In this document: positions 1 to 10,801 of the stretch, in pieces | Layout of the letters: each line of letters opens with the position of its first letter | Position numbering within the stretch: the stretch's first letter is position 1 | Assembly (NCBI GenBank): GCA_965602015.1 | Contig: OZ271918.1 | Location: 832,001-896,000 of the forward strand | Source of the DNA: Salinispira sp. | GTDB lineage: Bacteria; Spirochaetota; Spirochaetia; DSM-27196; Salinispiraceae | Reading direction: 5' to 3' | DNA length: 64,000 bases | The notes under the pieces: model-generated | Seen by the model: the letters and a program-made list of their open reading frames with translations, nothing else | The model's database searches: none | Told to the model about the DNA's origin: nothing | Position numbers and translations under genes: made by a program

Positions 1-1
1 G

Positions 2-2251
2 ATGAAGCGGCAGGCCGGACTGCGAAAGCTTCGGAATCTAACCCTGATTTCAGTGCTCCTCAGCCTACCGCTTTTGGCTGCCATGATTACCATGGTGATT
101 CCGGTTCCCGGGCTGATGTTTCTTCACAACCCATTGTTCCAATTCGTTTTTGCCACCCCGGTGCAATTTATTATCGGCTGGCGTTTTTACCGGGCAGCCT
201 TTCTGTCATTAAAGGCCGGCAGCCCGGGAATGGATGTGCTGGTAGCGTTGGGAACTTCGGCTGCTTATGCGTACAGCATCGTCAACGGGTTCTTCGCAGA
301 CGCCCTGGGAATAGCCGGAAGCGGTTTGTACTTCGAGGTCTCCGCAATGGTCATTACGCTGGTGCTCCTCGGGAAGTATTTCGAATCATTGGCCAAGGGC
401 CGGACATCCAAGGCATTAAAAAAGCTGTTGAACCTTCAGCCCAAGACCGCCAGGGTCAGCCGGGGGGGCGAAGCGTTAGAGCTTCCGGTCGGCGATGTGC
501 AGGTCGGCGATCTGGTTCTTGTCCGGCCCGGAGAATGCATACCGGTGGACGGCGCAGTGGTATCCGGTTCATCAGCGGTGGACGAAAGCGCGATAACCGG
601 CGAAAGCCTGCCGGTGGAAAAACAGGCCGGGGATCAGGTCTTAAGCGGAACCATAAATACCCACGGCAGTATCAGCTTCGAAGCCCTCAACGTCGGCAAG
701 GATTCAATGATTTCCCGAATCATCTCTATAGTGGAGGAAGCCCAGGGCTCCAAAGCTCCCATCCAGCAGGTGGCGGACAAGGTTGCGGCGATTTTTGTTC
801 CCGCAGTCCTGGCCATCGCGGGCGTGACCTTTCTGGTGTGGTGGCTCGCCCTGGGCAACGGAACACAGGCCTTTGTATCAGCGGTGGCTGTTCTGGTGAT
901 AGCCTGCCCCTGCGCCCTCGGTCTTGCCACGCCGACGGCCATTATGGTGGGAACCGGGCTGGGAGCGCAGAAGGGAATTCTCATAAAGAACGGCGAAATC
1001 CTTCAACAGGCCGGTGAAATTGATGCGGTGGTCCTGGACAAGACCGGGACCGTCACCAGGGGAAAACCCGAATTGGAGGGCGTTTTTCCTGTGGAAAAAA
1101 GTAAGCGGCACGATGAGCAGTCGCTTCTGATCCTCGCGGCCAGTCTCGAACAGTATTCCGAGCATCCTTTGGCACGGGCCGTTGTCGCTGCCGCAGAGGA
1201 AAAGGGCTTACAGCTGGAAGCAGCTGAAAACTTTACCGCATATCCCGGAAAGGGGATCGCCGGAACTATCGCAAATACGTCGTATCGCATAGGCACCTCC
1301 CAGTTCCTCATTGAGGCCGGAATATCGCTGCAGGAAGTCGAGCAGCAGAAGACCGCTCTCGAAAATAACGGAGCGTCGGTGGTGCTCATATCCGACGATG
1401 AGAATCTTCTCGGCATGTTGTCCATCGCCGATCAGATTAAGGAGGAATCCCGTGAGGGAATCCGTCGCTTGAAGGAGGCGGGGATCTCCGTCTATATGAT
1501 TACCGGAGACAACCGGGGTACTGCCGCCAGCATTGCAGCCAAGGTCGGCCTCGAAGAGCGTCATGTCCTGTCCGAAGTACTGCCTCAGGACAAGGCCGGC
1601 GAGGTGGCAAGGCTGCAGCGCGAGGGACGGAAAGTGGCAATGGTGGGTGATGGAGTTAACGATGCGCCGGCCCTGGCAAGCGCCGATACGGGAATCGCCA
1701 TGGGGCAGGGAACCGACATTGCAATTGAGAGTTCGGATATCACCCTGATTCGCGGAGACCTGAGAGATATCGCCCGAAGCATCGCCTTGTCCAGAAGGAC
1801 CATGTCCAAAATCAGGCAAAATCTGTTCTGGGCCTTTGGGTATAACTCGTTGGGCATTCCCTTTGCTGCCCTGGGCCTGCTCAATCCGATGATTGCCGGG
1901 GCTGCCATGGCATTCAGCTCGGTGTCGGTGGTGACCAACTCCCTATTGCTTCGAAGGGCGGATATTGACCGTCTCCCCGGAAAACCTAGTCGAACAAAGA
2001 ACAAGACAGCTTTTAAGGCTGCAAAGGAGAAGAACAGCATGATTGAAGTTAAGGTTAGCGGCATGTCCTGCAATCACTGTAAAATGCGGGTTGAGCAGGC
2101 GGCAAAAGAGGTCGCCGGCGTCGGTATGGCGGAGGTCGATTTGGATGCCGGAGTATTGACGGTCGATATCAGCGGTGACGACAGCGCTCAAATATTGGAC
2201 AGCGTCAAGGAAGCGGTTCGAAACGCGGGTTATGAGCCGGCACAGGCCTGA
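2..2251 (+). CDS. copA: Copper-translocating P1B-type ATPase, probably 5'-truncated by the window, with a C-terminal HMA domain
   Basis: TGES, CPC, DKTGT, HP and GDGVNDAP motifs; YN and MAFSS in late TM helices; C-terminal GMSCNHC. Confidence 0.95.
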   Translation: MKRQAGLRKLRNLTLISVLLSLPLLAAMITMVIPVPGLMFLHNPLFQFVFATPVQFIIGWRFYRAAFLSLKAGSPGMDVLVALGTSAAYAYSIVNGFFADALGIAGSGLYFEVSAMVITLVLLGKYFESLAKGRTSKALKKLLNLQPKTARVSRGGEALELPVGDVQVGDLVLVRPGECIPVDGAVVSGSSAVDESAITGESLPVEKQAGDQVLSGTINTHGSISFEALNVGKDSMISRIISIVEEAQGSKAPIQQVADKVAAIFVPAVLAIAGVTFLVWWLALGNGTQAFVSAVAVLVIACPCALGLATPTAIMVGTGLGAQKGILIKNGEILQQAGEIDAVVLDKTGTVTRGKPELEGVFPVEKSKRHDEQSLLILAASLEQYSEHPLARAVVAAAEEKGLQLEAAENFTAYPGKGIAGTIANTSYRIGTSQFLIEAGISLQEVEQQKTALENNGASVVLISDDENLLGMLSIADQIKEESREGIRRLKEAGISVYMITGDNRGTAASIAAKVGLEERHVLSEVLPQDKAGEVARLQREGRKVAMVGDGVNDAPALASADTGIAMGQGTDIAIESSDITLIRGDLRDIARSIALSRRTMSKIRQNLFWAFGYNSLGIPFAALGLLNPMIAGAAMAFSSVSVVTNSLLLRRADIDRLPGKPSRTKNKTAFKAAKEKNSMIEVKVSGMSCNHCKMRVEQAAKEVAGVGMAEVDLDAGVLTVDISGDDSAQILDSVKEAVRNAGYEPAQA

Positions 2252-2374
2252 TGTCCCTCGGCTGCTGTGCCCGGTAGCCGGCCCATGTTCGGCGGCTGAT
2301 CGATGGCGGCCCATGGTCGGCGGCCGGCCGCAGGGACGTGATTAACCGGCGATGTATATAGTAGTCTTTGTCGA

Positions 2375-3283
2375 ATGAGCATCCCACAGTTGCTGATTAT
2401 TGCGGGCATCATTGTCGCCGCGGGTATTATTGGGTTTATAGCAAAATACCTTCTCATTCCCGATTCACATATTATTACCCGGCTTATCCGGGAGGCATCC
2501 GCTTTGCCTCCGGCGGAGGGAAAGGTTCACCTCGACCTACGCTACCGGGGAGCATTGAGACCCGGCGCGACCATGGATATATATGAGCCATTGGGTTCAT
2601 TCTCCTTCAACGCGGCGCCGGTGGTGGTATTTCTCCACGGGGGCTCGTGGATACACGGCGATAAGGTCACAATCCGGATTATCGACCGCTTTTTACAAAG
2701 AATGCGAAGCGAGGGCTACTTCGTGGCTGCGGTTAACTACCGGTCTGGACTCTTGGGAGGGTTTGCCGCGCCCCTGAATAATACCATGTCGGCCCTGGAT
2801 TGGCTCGATAAACACTCCGAACGATACGAATTTGATCCGGCGTCCCTCGCCCTGTACGGAATATCCGCCGGTGGCCAGCTTGCTCTGATGGCCGAATCCC
2901 GGCTACGTTCCCGGGGTGTCGTGAAATTTGTCCTCGCCGAGTGCGCGCCCGTCGATTTACCGGCGATGGCTGCCGGGGACGCGTTCGAAAGGTCTTCTTT
3001 CCTCGGTATTCTGCCTTCGGTTTACCTCAGGCGTCACAGCCCCGTTCACCAGGTAAGTTCGGATATGGCTCCGGTGCTTATTTATCATGGCGATGCCGAT
3101 GAGGTGGTTCATGTACGACAGGCACATTTGCTCAAAAACGCTATTGATGCCGCCGGCGCTCATTCGGAGATCGAAATCTATCCCGGCGGTACCCATGCCT
3201 TTCTGGGAATGCCCGATTCCCTGTGGTTTGAGCAGGAAACCCGGGCTCTTCGTTTTATGAGGGAGCGTTTTGGACCACACTGA
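2375..3283 (+). CDS. Alpha/beta hydrolase (esterase/lipase) with N-terminal membrane anchor
   Basis: HGGSW oxyanion motif, GISAG nucleophile elbow, HGDAD and late His. Confidence 0.85.
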   Translation: MSIPQLLIIAGIIVAAGIIGFIAKYLLIPDSHIITRLIREASALPPAEGKVHLDLRYRGALRPGATMDIYEPLGSFSFNAAPVVVFLHGGSWIHGDKVTIRIIDRFLQRMRSEGYFVAAVNYRSGLLGGFAAPLNNTMSALDWLDKHSERYEFDPASLALYGISAGGQLALMAESRLRSRGVVKFVLAECAPVDLPAMAAGDAFERSSFLGILPSVYLRRHSPVHQVSSDMAPVLIYHGDADEVVHVRQAHLLKNAIDAAGAHSEIEIYPGGTHAFLGMPDSLWFEQETRALRFMRERFGPH

Positions 3284-3328
3284 GGATAGGCAGCTGCAAT
3301 CGCCCCATCGCCTGGCTGAGTACCCTCA

Positions 3329-5779
3329 TCAATAGGGCTTTTTCTTTTTCCGCGCGATTATTTGGAGAAAACCTTTGAGAAAGCGTCGGTTCATCATGCT
3401 GATCAGTCCGTCGACGAGGGATGAGCTCATCCCCCCCAGCATGGCAATGCTTTTTATGGGCATTTCCCGCACCATTGCGGCCATCATTTCCCGGGTCTTC
3501 TCGTCGGCGTTTTTTCCCGCCATCTTTGATATTTGCCGCTTAGCGCCCCAGTACAGAATGCCGCCGACCAGGGTTTTGCTCACGTCCTCGAGGGTCGAAA
3601 ACCTGCTGAAGGGAGTGCCGCGGGGAATGTCCCGGGGCGGAAGGCCTTTGCCGTAGAGCCCGGCGAATGGCCCCTGGTCACTCAGATCGGCAAATACTTT
3701 CGTCGAAGGCTCATAGTAGCCCGGTGCCCTTTCCTTCACTGTCCGGGCCCAGGGGGAAAGCTCATCGCCGTTTTTTATATTCAGCACTGCCTGTAGCCGG
3801 ATATCACGGGATGACGAGCCGATAAGAATTTCAAAATCACCGGCTTCAACGGCCCATTTTTCCGCCCCGGCATCCCAGAAGCTGAAATCCCGGCGGGTGA
3901 GCTGGAGAATAAGCTCCCTGCATTCTCCCGGTTCCAGAGAAATCTTTGAAAAGGCTTTTAGCTGCTTGTCCGGCATAAACACGCTTGACTCGATATCCCT
4001 GATATAAAGCTGGACTATTTCCTTCCCGCTGACGCTGCCGCTGTTGCAAACGGTAAATTTTGCCTGTACCGCGCCCCCGTCATCGGGTCCGGTGATGGAA
4101 AGATCCGAGTATTCAAAAACCGTGTAGCTCAAACCATGGCCGAAGGGAAAGAGCAGGGGGGTGCCGGCTTTGTCATAATAGCGGTAGCCCACATAGACGG
4201 ATTCCGCATAAACCACGCTATTCGTCCCGCCGGGAAAGTTCACCGTTGAGGGCACGTCTTCGAGCCTCAGCGGGAAGCTCTCTGCCAGTTTGCCGCTGGG
4301 GTTTACCCGACCGAAGAGCAGGTCGACTACCGCAGAACCCCAGGCCTGTCCGCCGAGATAGGTCTCAAGCACCGCGCCGACGTTTTCTATCCAGGGCATT
4401 GTCACCGGAGAACCGTTGGAGAGAACGACGATGCAGTTCAGGTTAACCTTGGCAACTTCTTCTATGAGCCGCCGGTGGCCATCGGGCAGATCCAGATGCT
4501 TCCGGTCAAAGCCCTCGGATTCGGAAATATCCGGCAGTCCGGCAAATATCACCGCGGTCTCACATCGGGCCGCAACGCTCACTGCCTCCTGAATGAGCTG
4601 GGGATGGGCTGCTTCGTCGTGGGCCCGATAACCCGGGGCATAACTCAGCTCCGTTATATTTTTGCAGAATTCAAGCATGGCGTCCCATGCGCTATCTATT
4701 CGTGTGGGCCGTATCAGCGAGGATCCCGAGCCCTGGTAGCGGGGGATTTTTGCGAACTCGCCGATGACGGCCAGGGAGCCGCCGGCTTCCAGCGGCAGGA
4801 GCGAATCGTTTTTTAGCAAAATCGCCGATTCGGTGAGAATTCTCCGCGCCGCCTGATGATGATCTTCTTCGTCATAGCGAAAGGGCTCAGAAAGGGTTTT
4901 GTAGGTTCGAAGAACCACAGCGAGTATTCGCCGCACCGCTTCGTCGAGAACCTCTTCAGCTAGGCTGCCGCTTCGCACCGCATCGATAATCAGGGATGTG
5001 TTGTGTTCTGAAGGTCCCGGCATTTCCAGTTCCTGCCCGGCAATCAGACCTTCAACCCTGTCGTTTTCCGCCCCCCAGTCGGTGACAACGAAACCCCGGT
5101 GACCCCATTCCTTTCTTAAAATGTCCGTGAGGAGGGTTTTATGCTCCGAGCAATATACGCCGTTGAGCCGGTTATAGGCGTTCATTACCGTATCCGGTTT
5201 TCCCTCTTTGACAGCGATCTCAAAGCCCGTCAGATAAATTTCCCGGAGAGCCCGGTTATCGACAATGGTATCGATGGTCATACGGCGATGCTCCTGGTTG
5301 TTCGCCGCGAAGTGCTTGAGGCTTGCGCCGATGCCCCGTTTTTGGACCCCTCTTATGTGGGCAGCCGCCAGTTTTCCGCTGAGAACCGGGTCTTCGGAGA
5401 AGTACTCGAAATTTCGCCCGCATAAGGGCGAACGCTTTATGTTCGCCCCGGGACCCAAAAGAATTGCAACCTTCTCCTGGCGGCATTCGTCGGCCAGCAG
5501 GCTGCCCATTTCTTCGATGAGCTCTTCATCCCAACTCGAGGCGATGGCTGCGGCGCTGGGGAAGCAGACTGCCGGAACAGACTCGCTGAGGCCGGCGTGA
5601 TCCCCTTTGCCTTCCTGCTTTCTGAGACCATGGGGACCGTCAGTCAGCATGATGGAAGGTATGCCCAGATCTTCATAGCCGACCAGGTTCCAAAAATCCT
5701 TCCCAGAACACATTTGTGCCTTCTGTTCAAGGCTCAATCTTCCGAGAATGGCGTGGATGTCCGTGCTTTGCTTCTTCAT
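3329..5779 (-). CDS. GH3 beta-glucosidase with C-terminal Fn3-like domain
   Basis: TDGPHGLRK, GRNFEYFSEDP, KHFAANNQE, VVTDW, ESEGFDR, PFGHGLSY. Confidence 0.95.
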   Translation of the reverse strand: MKKQSTDIHAILGRLSLEQKAQMCSGKDFWNLVGYEDLGIPSIMLTDGPHGLRKQEGKGDHAGLSESVPAVCFPSAAAIASSWDEELIEEMGSLLADECRQEKVAILLGPGANIKRSPLCGRNFEYFSEDPVLSGKLAAAHIRGVQKRGIGASLKHFAANNQEHRRMTIDTIVDNRALREIYLTGFEIAVKEGKPDTVMNAYNRLNGVYCSEHKTLLTDILRKEWGHRGFVVTDWGAENDRVEGLIAGQELEMPGPSEHNTSLIIDAVRSGSLAEEVLDEAVRRILAVVLRTYKTLSEPFRYDEEDHHQAARRILTESAILLKNDSLLPLEAGGSLAVIGEFAKIPRYQGSGSSLIRPTRIDSAWDAMLEFCKNITELSYAPGYRAHDEAAHPQLIQEAVSVAARCETAVIFAGLPDISESEGFDRKHLDLPDGHRRLIEEVAKVNLNCIVVLSNGSPVTMPWIENVGAVLETYLGGQAWGSAVVDLLFGRVNPSGKLAESFPLRLEDVPSTVNFPGGTNSVVYAESVYVGYRYYDKAGTPLLFPFGHGLSYTVFEYSDLSITGPDDGGAVQAKFTVCNSGSVSGKEIVQLYIRDIESSVFMPDKQLKAFSKISLEPGECRELILQLTRRDFSFWDAGAEKWAVEAGDFEILIGSSSRDIRLQAVLNIKNGDELSPWARTVKERAPGYYEPSTKVFADLSDQGPFAGLYGKGLPPRDIPRGTPFSRFSTLEDVSKTLVGGILYWGAKRQISKMAGKNADEKTREMMAAMVREMPIKSIAMLGGMSSSLVDGLISMMNRRFLKGFLQIIARKKKKPY

Positions 5780-5819
5780 GTAGGGTCTCTCTCTTGCTCG
5801 ATTGACGATTTACTGCTAA

Positions 5820-5840
5820 TATGCAACATCGTGTTGCATA
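5820..5840. promoter_or_regulatory. Palindromic operator, probably for the adjacent TetR regulator
   Basis: TATGCAACA-tcg-TGTTGCATA perfect 9-bp arms between divergent GH3 and TetR genes. Confidence 0.65.
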
Positions 5841-5911
5841 ACACAATAACACGGCCTTTGTGTCTGGGCAAGGAAAATAGCGGAGAGAAGAAATTCTGCA
5901 TGGGAGGGCTG

Positions 5912-6541
5912 ATGATACCGTCGAAAATGTCGGTCAAACGGGACAATGAGGAATTCCAAAGCCCCAAACGCCGGGAGCAAATTCTCGAAGTCTCCAGGGA
6001 CCTGTTCCTGGAGCGGGGTCTGGATAAAACCAGCATGAAGGACATTGCCCAGGCCTCACAGATAAACCGGGCAACCCTGTACCGGTATTTCCCCGATTTA
6101 GAGCGTATTGCGGTCGAAGTATCCATCGGCATATTACGCGAGGATTTTTTTCCCGTGCGGATTGCCGGCGATAGTAAAAAGCGCTTCGCCTCGGCAATAA
6201 TGGCGATGATCGATAATTTCCACACACTCAAAAAGCAGTTCAGTTTCTTTGCGGTATACGACAGCCTGTATACCGACAGCAGTCGCCTCCCCGGCGGAGA
6301 GACCAGCGCATGGTACGGCCAACAATTGTTATCTCTCCTGGGACTTGAACCTGGCGAAGAGTCGGGCGATGTTCCTCCCCTCAATGCGGCGCGGCTGATT
6401 ATGATCGGTAATGCAGTCATGAGCTTTCTCAAAACCCTTGCCATTCGCGGACGTATTTTGGAAGAAGAGCAGGGTGTGGGAGTCGATGCCGAATTGACGC
6501 TGTTTAGGCAGATGATCGCCCGGGAGCTGGCAGAATCCTAA
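5912..6541 (+). CDS. TetR/AcrR family regulator
   Basis: HTH REQILEVSRDLFLERG..TSMKDIAQASQINRATLYRYF; GGAGG SD before ATG 5912. Confidence 0.9.
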   Translation: MIPSKMSVKRDNEEFQSPKRREQILEVSRDLFLERGLDKTSMKDIAQASQINRATLYRYFPDLERIAVEVSIGILREDFFPVRIAGDSKKRFASAIMAMIDNFHTLKKQFSFFAVYDSLYTDSSRLPGGETSAWYGQQLLSLLGLEPGEESGDVPPLNAARLIMIGNAVMSFLKTLAIRGRILEEEQGVGVDAELTLFRQMIARELAES

Positions 6542-7311
6542 TGAAGCTCAGGGAGAAGGGCTGCGGCCTCGGTATCGAGAAACAGTTCCGCTGAGCTGCA
6601 GGACCTGAGAATGCGCCGGGCCGGAAGCTGGGAATCCGGGGAATCGCTTTTCTCGGCGCACACCCGGCTCAGAATCTCCGCCTTTGCCGAACCGGTTACC
6701 AAAAAGCTTATCCTCCGGGCGGCGAGGATTGCCGCCTCGCTGATGCTCACCCTCGGCTGTCCGGTTTCAGGATGGGCGGCGGGAAAGTAAAGCAGGGGAG
6801 TGCCGTCCATGTCAGTCTGGGCGGAAATGGCCTGTCGGCCGGGGAAAATGGATGCGCAGTGCCCGTCGCCGCCGATACCCAGAATTACCCAATCAAACCG
6901 GGGCAGGGTGGGCCCCTTCTCCCCGGCGGGGTTTTCGCATTGCAGCAGGGTTCGAACATGTCCGGCGTATTTTTCTGCGGCCCGGGCGCTATTTCCGTCG
7001 CAGAATATTGGGTGAAGATTGGTTTTCCGTATGCTTACCTCGGCAAAAAGGGTTCTGAACGCCTGACCAAAGTTGCTCTCCTCACTTTGCTGGGGGACGC
7101 AGCGCTCGTCGCCCCACCAGAAGTTGAGGTTGGTCCAGGCGATTCGTTCTCTCCAGGGCTGTTCCGAGAGCATTTTGAACCATTGCAAGGGGGTGCTTCC
7201 CCCGGATAGGGCTATGTGCGCCGGAGCAGTCTGACGGCTCATGGCTTCCAGCTCAGCGGAAATTTCGGTGAGAAGGTCATGAACGTTGTTTTGCATCCGG
7301 TAGCGGGCCAT
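6538..7311 (-). CDS. pgl: 6-phosphogluconolactonase
   Basis: ALSGGSTP, WGDERCVP, LGIGGDGHCAS; directly downstream of zwf. Confidence 0.93.
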   Translation of the reverse strand: MARYRMQNNVHDLLTEISAELEAMSRQTAPAHIALSGGSTPLQWFKMLSEQPWRERIAWTNLNFWWGDERCVPQQSEESNFGQAFRTLFAEVSIRKTNLHPIFCDGNSARAAEKYAGHVRTLLQCENPAGEKGPTLPRFDWVILGIGGDGHCASIFPGRQAISAQTDMDGTPLLYFPAAHPETGQPRVSISEAAILAARRISFLVTGSAKAEILSRVCAEKSDSPDSQLPARRILRSCSSAELFLDTEAAALLPELH

Positions 7312-7313
7312 GG

Positions 7314-8822
7314 TTATAGCTCGCAGTAACTGGTATCTGCGAGATTTTTACAGGGATAGCGCCAGCTTCGCTCATCGCTCTCGATCATTTCATGGGACTC
7401 ACGGGGACCCCAGGTTCCCGCGGCGTAGCCGTAGAGGGGGTAATCCCCGCGCATTCGCTGAAGAATGGGCTCCACGTACTGCCAGCAGGCTCGGACCGCA
7501 TCGCTGCGGGCGAACAGGGTGGCGTCGCCCCGGGCGGCGTCGAGCAGAAGCCGTTGGTAGGCAGTCAGCAGATCTGCGCCTTCCAGATCCTTGTAATGAA
7601 AGTCCATGGAGACTTCCTGGGCATCGAATCCCGACCCCGGCTTTTTCAAGCCGAATTTGATGAGTATGCCTTCATCGGGTTGTATGCGAATAATAAGCTT
7701 GTTTGCGATGCCATTGGTAAAAAACGCCGGATGGGGAGTTTGCTTGAAGTGTATAACCACCTCGGTTACCCTGGTCGGCATCCGCTTGCCGGTCCGAATG
7801 TAAAAGGGAACCCCGTTCCAGCGCCAGTTATCGATATGTACCTTGAGGGCGACAAAGGTCTCTGTCCGCGAAGAGGGATCGACCCGGTTTTCATCCCGAT
7901 AACCTGCTACCTTTTCCCCCCGGATCTGCGATTCGGTGTACTGCCCCAATACCAGGTTCTCTTCCAGATCCGAGTCGCTCAATGGGCGGAGGCATTGGAG
8001 CACCTTGAGAACCTCATCCCTGGTGAAGCGGTCATTGATGACCGCCGGCGGTTCCATAGCGGTCATAGCCAAGACTTGAAGCAGGTGATTTTGAAACATA
8101 TCGCGCAGGGCGCCGGTGCCGTCGTAGTATCCCCCCCGCTGCTCGACTCCGATCGATTCGCATGAAGTGATTTCCACGTGATCGATGTATCCCCGGTTCC
8201 ACAGGGGTTCGAACATGCCGTTCGCAAAACGGAACACCAGAAGATTCTGCACGGTTTCCTTGCCCAAATAGTGATCAATCCGGTAGATGTTTTCCTCATC
8301 GAAAAAGCGGTGTAGCAGATCATCCAGTTCGGCGGCGCTGCCTAGATCAGATCCGAAGGGCTTCTCGACGATGATCCTCTTCCAGCCGTTTTGAGGGTCG
8401 GTTAGGCCGGCCTGGTGAAGAAGGGCCGGGATTCGTGAGTACAGCGTCGGCGGCGTTGCCAAATAATACAGATAATTCTGGGGGATCCCCTGTTCATCTG
8501 ACATCCGATGTAATCTCTCGGTCAACGTGGAATATTCCCCGGCCTCGGCGGTCTCCATGGAATGATACCAGACTCTGGCCAGAAAACCGTCTATCCGCTC
8601 GATTTCCGCCCTTGACTCACCGTAAATATCCTTGAGAACCGAGCGCTGCTTGTCTCTGAAAGATGTGTCCTCGAACTCCGTCCTGCCGATACCCAACAAG
8701 GCAAAGTTCTCTGGAAGGCGCTGGTGGACGAAGAGATCGTAATAGGCTGGAACGAGCTTGCGCTTGGTCAGATCACCCGATGCCCCGAATATCACGATTA
8801 TGCTGTCTTCAGGTTTTTCCAT
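7314..8822 (-). CDS. zwf: Glucose-6-phosphate 1-dehydrogenase
   Basis: GASGDL, EKPFG, RIDHYLGKE, QNHLLQ, RTGKR. Confidence 0.98.
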   Translation of the reverse strand: MEKPEDSIIVIFGASGDLTKRKLVPAYYDLFVHQRLPENFALLGIGRTEFEDTSFRDKQRSVLKDIYGESRAEIERIDGFLARVWYHSMETAEAGEYSTLTERLHRMSDEQGIPQNYLYYLATPPTLYSRIPALLHQAGLTDPQNGWKRIIVEKPFGSDLGSAAELDDLLHRFFDEENIYRIDHYLGKETVQNLLVFRFANGMFEPLWNRGYIDHVEITSCESIGVEQRGGYYDGTGALRDMFQNHLLQVLAMTAMEPPAVINDRFTRDEVLKVLQCLRPLSDSDLEENLVLGQYTESQIRGEKVAGYRDENRVDPSSRTETFVALKVHIDNWRWNGVPFYIRTGKRMPTRVTEVVIHFKQTPHPAFFTNGIANKLIIRIQPDEGILIKFGLKKPGSGFDAQEVSMDFHYKDLEGADLLTAYQRLLLDAARGDATLFARSDAVRACWQYVEPILQRMRGDYPLYGYAAGTWGPRESHEMIESDERSWRYPCKNLADTSYCEL

Positions 8823-8992
8823 ACGTTCTCTCTCATCCTCCTGGCGCTTTGTAAAAGGGTAATAGGAAGCCCGGAGGGAATCAAGCTGCGCGCGGGGCTT
8901 CGGCGCAATTGTATATCCCGGGTGATAGGGGTACCATGTTCTGCAGCTCCGCCGTGCACAGGTATATATACGGCGGACAGGAGAAAGTTACG

Positions 8993-10789
8993 GTGTTGCA
9001 GCTGGCCCAGGTTTTCCAGGACAGGATGGTTATTCAATGCGATAAAGCCCTACGCATTTTCGGCAGGGCGGATACCCAAGGGGTGCTGAAGCTGCTGGTA
9101 AACGGCAAAAGCCTGGGTGAGGCTCACATCGAGCCGGGGGAGTTTTCCTGCGTTTTCACCTCCCGGGCCGCCTCCCGAAGCAATACCCTTGAACTGCATT
9201 TTGGGGATGAAGTGCGGCAGTTCACTGATGTGGCCTTCGGCGAAGTGTGGCTTGCCGGCGGGCAAAGCAATATGGAATTTCCCCTGCGGTACGACCGTAA
9301 TTACAAAAAGATTCGCCAGAATCTCTCCGATGCGGACATACGATGCTTTGAAGTACCCCGCCGTCGTTATGAAGACGAAAACCTTGGGTCACATAAAACC
9401 TATTTGGGTGTGAATACCTGGCGCAGTCTCACGCCAACAAGCTGCGGGGATTTTTCCGCCGCGGCACTCTACTTCGCCCTCGAAATACGGCGTAATCTCG
9501 GCGTTCCGGTCGGCATTATCAGCTGCAATTACGGGGGAACCTCAGCCCTTGCCTGGACCCGGGAAGAGTATCTGGCGCAGGACGCCGAGCTGGCGAAGCT
9601 GATAGATGCGCACCGCAGCCGTGCCGCCGGGATAGGTCCCGAAGAATATGAACGGCGGGAGAAGCGCTACGCCGGGCTTCAGCGGGGATGGCTTTGGCGG
9701 CTGTTCAATCACCTTCTTATGAAGGGATTGCCCTTTTGGGTGACCCGGATACTGGGAGTGGCAAAAAACCTTGCGCCTCAGCCGCCGGTCGGCCACAAGT
9801 CACTAAACCGGCCCGGAGGCTTGTTTTCCACCATGGTATCGCCGATTGCCGGATACGGCCTGCGCGGGATTCTGTGGTACCAGGGGGAATCAGATGCCGA
9901 CCGGGCCGGGCTGTACTCCCGGCTGTTCACCGCGACCATTTCCTGCTGGCGCGATGCCTGGGGCGAAGACCTCCCCTTCCTGTTTGTGCAGCTGGCTCCC
10001 TTCCTGCGCTGGATGAATAGCCGGGGAGAAAAATTCCCCGCCCTCCGGGAAGCCCAGCAGAGCTGTGCAGATGAAATTCCCGGTGTGTGGATGGCGTCAG
10101 TAATGGACGCCGGCATGCGCGATGATATCCATCCCAAAGACAAGCAGCCCGTGGGCCGCCGGCTTGCCCTTTTGGCGCTGGCGTATATGTACAATGCGGA
10201 TGTGCCCTGTGAGTCCCCCCGCCTGAGGTCTGCCCGGTTTGTATCTGAATCACTTTATGCGACCGGCTGCCCGACGAACGGCAGGTCCGCGGGCAAATCG
10301 GGACCCTTGCCCGGCGGCACAGCAGACGGCAAGTCGGAACCCTTGCCCGACGGCACAGCAGAGGGCAAGTCGGGACCCTTGCCCGGCGGCACAGCAGACG
10401 GCAAGCCGGAACCCTTGCCCGGCGGCACAGCAGACGGCAAGCCCGCCAGTCAGTCGGGCCCGGTACTGGAGCTGACATTTGAACACAGCGGTGACGGGCT
10501 CCAGCTGAGGCAGCATTGGGTACGCACGGGTAAACCCTTCTTCTTTTTGCCCCGAAGCTATGAACCGAGGGGGAGCATCTGCACTGCCCTTGAAATCCGG
10601 GACGCCCAAGGCAGCCTGATCAAGGTATGCCAGGCCCATGCGCAGGGCGAGCGTCTCCTTCTTCAGCTCCGTCCGGGCTTTGCTGCTGGGCCTCTGGACA
10701 TTGTGTTCGCCGGAAAACCCTGGTGCCGGGTCAATCTGTACAATAGCTCTTGGTTGGCCGCCCGGCCGGAATCAATCCGCCTCAATTAG
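8993..10789 (+). CDS. Sialate O-acetylesterase (SASA/SGNH) family protein with an internal repeat insertion
   Basis: GEVWLAGGQSNME, GILWYQGES, DIHP; probable GTG start at 8993 after CAGGAG. Confidence 0.88.
   Translation: MLQLAQVFQDRMVIQCDKALRIFGRADTQGVLKLLVNGKSLGEAHIEPGEFSCVFTSRAASRSNTLELHFGDEVRQFTDVAFGEVWLAGGQSNMEFPLRYDRNYKKIRQNLSDADIRCFEVPRRRYEDENLGSHKTYLGVNTWRSLTPTSCGDFSAAALYFALEIRRNLGVPVGIISCNYGGTSALAWTREEYLAQDAELAKLIDAHRSRAAGIGPEEYERREKRYAGLQRGWLWRLFNHLLMKGLPFWVTRILGVAKNLAPQPPVGHKSLNRPGGLFSTMVSPIAGYGLRGILWYQGESDADRAGLYSRLFTATISCWRDAWGEDLPFLFVQLAPFLRWMNSRGEKFPALREAQQSCADEIPGVWMASVMDAGMRDDIHPKDKQPVGRRLALLALAYMYNADVPCESPRLRSARFVSESLYATGCPTNGRSAGKSGPLPGGTADGKSEPLPDGTAEGKSGPLPGGTADGKPEPLPGGTADGKPASQSGPVLELTFEHSGDGLQLRQHWVRTGKPFFFLPRSYEPRGSICTALEIRDAQGSLIKVCQAHAQGERLLLQLRPGFAAGPLDIVFAGKPWCRVNLYNSSWLAARPESIRLN
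10292..10441 (+). repeat. In-frame 36-bp tandem repeat, 4 copies plus a partial (GKSGPLPGGTAD)
   Basis: Unit ggcaa(a/g)(t/c)cgg(g/a)acccttgcccg(g/a)cggcacagcaga(c/g) read directly. Confidence 0.95.
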
Positions 10790-10801
10790 CCCTACGGTAC
10801 A

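Noticed and set aside
5597..5911. Long N-terminal extensions in the ORF track (TetR; also 8909, 13336, 16292, 24100, 33653, 55986)
   Set aside because: They overlap neighbouring genes or promoters; downstream starts have SD or promoter support and match domain boundaries
10292..10441. 36-bp hairpin repeats as a CRISPR array
   Set aside because: Units are contiguous with no unique spacers, lie in frame in a CDS, and no cas genes are present
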